Assembly (NCBI RefSeq): GCF_963921235.1
Contig: NC_086097.1
Coordinates: 158,598,001 to 158,662,000 of the forward strand
Origin: Mobula hypostoma
Taxonomy: Eukaryota
Length of the DNA: 64,000 nucleotides
Direction: 5' to 3'
Positions 61,501-64,000 of the stretch are shown one piece after another. The first letter of the stretch is position 1. Each line of letters starts with the position of its first letter. The translations under genes and the position numbers were made by a program. The notes below the pieces were generated by a model that saw only the letters and a program-made list of their open reading frames with translations, had not been told where the DNA came from and did no database searches.

Positions 61501-64000
61501 TATCCTGACATTTATTAATGGACAGCATTTTGTAACTTGCACCCTATTAAATGCAAAGTCCAAATAGAGCTGATTTACTGAACATTATATTTTGGTAAGA
61601 ATTGAGATCATGAGTGACTCAGTGCTCATAATTGAATAGCACAAATATCTAAGTTGCTCTCAAAATTGTGTATTTGAAAGATCTTGTACAGTTAACAGAA
61701 GAATTTTGAAAATGAGCCCAACGTTATGATAGGGTTTCATCATCAGAAAATAAATCCATTTCAAGACAATGGGAAGTAAAATTTTGAGAGTTGGTGAAAT
61801 ATGAATCGTTGGATGATGGGAGTTACTGGTACTTCTCCCCTTCTCTCAGGAATCTGACATTCTGTTCGACAGCAATTCTGCACAAATTGCTGGAATTTTG
61901 AATGGTGGGATTAAGAGGAGCATGAGTGATGTGGACAAAGATATAGATTAAGGTATTTCTTTATAACCCTGGATCAATGTCAGATTTAATTTGAACAATA
62001 AGGTTGTGAATTCTGTCCCTTTCTATCTGATTAGAAAAATGTTGTTGTCCCACCGTCTGTATGATTTTATTGCTCCAAACTGGTTGTTTTCAGTCTCTCA
62101 GTTGAAGCTCTTCCAGCTGCCAGCATAAGACCTCCATCACCTTCCCTATATCTGCTTCCTTGCAATAGTCCCTCCAGTCCTTTTTACAGCAAGCCCCACC
62201 ATCTATCTGTCTGCAACCATAAAATATTGATCATGCCCTTCTCTTGAATTATTTTTCCCGACTCCCCAACTTCTAAGGTTTTTTGAACAATGCCCTGCAA
62301 TAACTTTTTACCTGTTGTGACCATTGCTTGCAGTGAAAGCAATATTTTGTGTGATTGGCAGGATAAATTGATAGTTTATTTAATTTTTCTTCCATAGAGT
62401 ATTAGCCAGGACACTAACTCCTTAGATAGTGTCCAGGCTTAATAATCTCCATCTAAAGAAACAGATTATATTTCAGTTTAGCCTTGTATTGGGAAGGTAA
62501 AGAATGATTACTAATTCAAACTGATGAACCTTTTTTTTTGTGGCAACTCTATTTACTGTATTGATCATTTGCATTGTATTCTTGTGTTTTAAAAAATACA
62601 GCAGTTCTTTTTTTTTTCACTTGCATCACAATCCTGCAGCTTAAAATACAGTGGAACATGCAACTTTTATCAGAAAACCCACCCACCTTTTGGCATATTA
62701 TCATTTTCATTGCAAGGATGTATTCATAAATACAGAGGTTAAGTGTAATTGTATCATGCCTGGGTGATAAAATCTGTTTCTAAAATTAATAGTTGTGAAA
62801 GGAAGCATTTCATCTGCAATCAAATTGTTAGAATCAATAATAAAGAAGATATTATACAGTAATATCTTACCAACAGAATATATTACCAAATATATTCAGA
62901 CAGTAGTATTTGAAGATATTACTGTACTTCCCATTACTGGGGGAACGTACAGTAATATTAGCATTAAGTTGCTAATCCATCACCAGTGTCAACTGAAGCA
63001 GAAGCTTCACTTTCTCATCTACTTTTTCCAGCTGTAATCATTTATTTCTTCTATTGTAACCCTTTCAAAGTAGCCATCTTTCTGTTGCTATAGTTCATGA
63101 TGGTACTCCATCCATTTCTCCACACCTCCCACCAACTGTCTCCACCCCAACTTCACCTTGCCTTCTCTGCCCCACTCTCATCTTTAATCTGAGAATCATG
63201 GTTCTTAACTATTCCCTTCTCTCTGCTCATGTTATATGGTTATATGGCTATTATATCTCCTTCTTGCTTTCCTTCATTATCACCAATGCTCTTTCCTTTT
63301 CTTGGATCCCCTTTGTATTCATGAACACCTTCTAATGTATTACGGATTTATGAGACTAGTGGGATGGATTTGCCACTGCTGTAGGGATTCTGTCATGTGG
63401 GAACTTGGTTCACAGGAATATCTAAGTGGTTGAGTTAAATGTCCTGATGTAACTATATGTCACCCTTTGTTTTTTTTATTTGAATATATTGCAAGTCCCT
63501 GCATTTTCACCTTGCAAACTGTTTGACAGATCTCAGGAACTGAATCTTGATATAACTTGGGAATGATTTGCTTCACTCTTTATTCATTATGATCTTTTTA
63601 GCTTTCACTGTCTTCCACCTTCTTTAGATGCATTATTGCTGACAGCTTTCACTTCCAGCTGTAATCTGCACTGTCTCTTAATTCTGTACGTCCTCCACTG
63701 CATTACCATCCATTGCTCATCTCCACCATTTATGTTCCTCCATCCTTTCTCTCTCATTTTATTTGTTCTGCATGTCTGCTGTGGCCATTTCCATGCTATT
63801 TTACCCACTGTCCTCACAAACCATTATTCCCATTGCAAGTCACTTCAAATTCCTCCCCATTTCGGTTAATTTCCTCGAGGAGAAGATGGCGACGTGACAT
63901 CTGTTATCTGTCAAGTAGGGTGCCATGCACAATCCTGATTTGATGGAGACAGACATGAGAGCACAGAGGAACATCTAGTGAAACTTCTGAAATGCCTGCT

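Noticed and set aside
63877..64000. AAGATGGCG (YY1-like) promoter
   Set aside because: More likely the 5' end of a repeat cut by the window edge; no CpG island or gene evidence

Overview
Repeat-dense, AT-rich vertebrate genomic DNA (intronic or intergenic); the repeat mix (CR1, Rex1/Babar, Penelope, RTE) suggests a cartilaginous fish such as a ray, which is an inference. No host protein-coding exon, tRNA/rRNA gene or CRISPR array could be supported. Main contents: (1) a full-length L1 LINE (24210-30119, minus) with uninterrupted ORF1/ORF2 and a perfect 17-bp target-site duplication (TSD); (2) a complete but decayed Gypsy LTR retrotransposon (42686-46974) with a tRNA-Trp primer site; (3) many Penelope-like element (PLE) copies whose termini carry minimal hammerhead ribozyme motifs, several inserted as TSD-flanked inverted structures sharing the same breakpoints; (4) non-autonomous DNA transposons: a fold-back mariner, a Tigger derivative with a ~240-bp internal hairpin, a Tigger MITE, a TIR element with a 6-bp TSD and hAT minis; (5) many nested, truncated CR1, Rex1/Babar and RTE fragments. 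The most interesting signals are the PLE hammerhead/inversion system and the intact L1 carrying an inverted copy of its 5' motif in the inter-ORF spacer. All alignments were done by eye and boundaries of old fragments are approximate.
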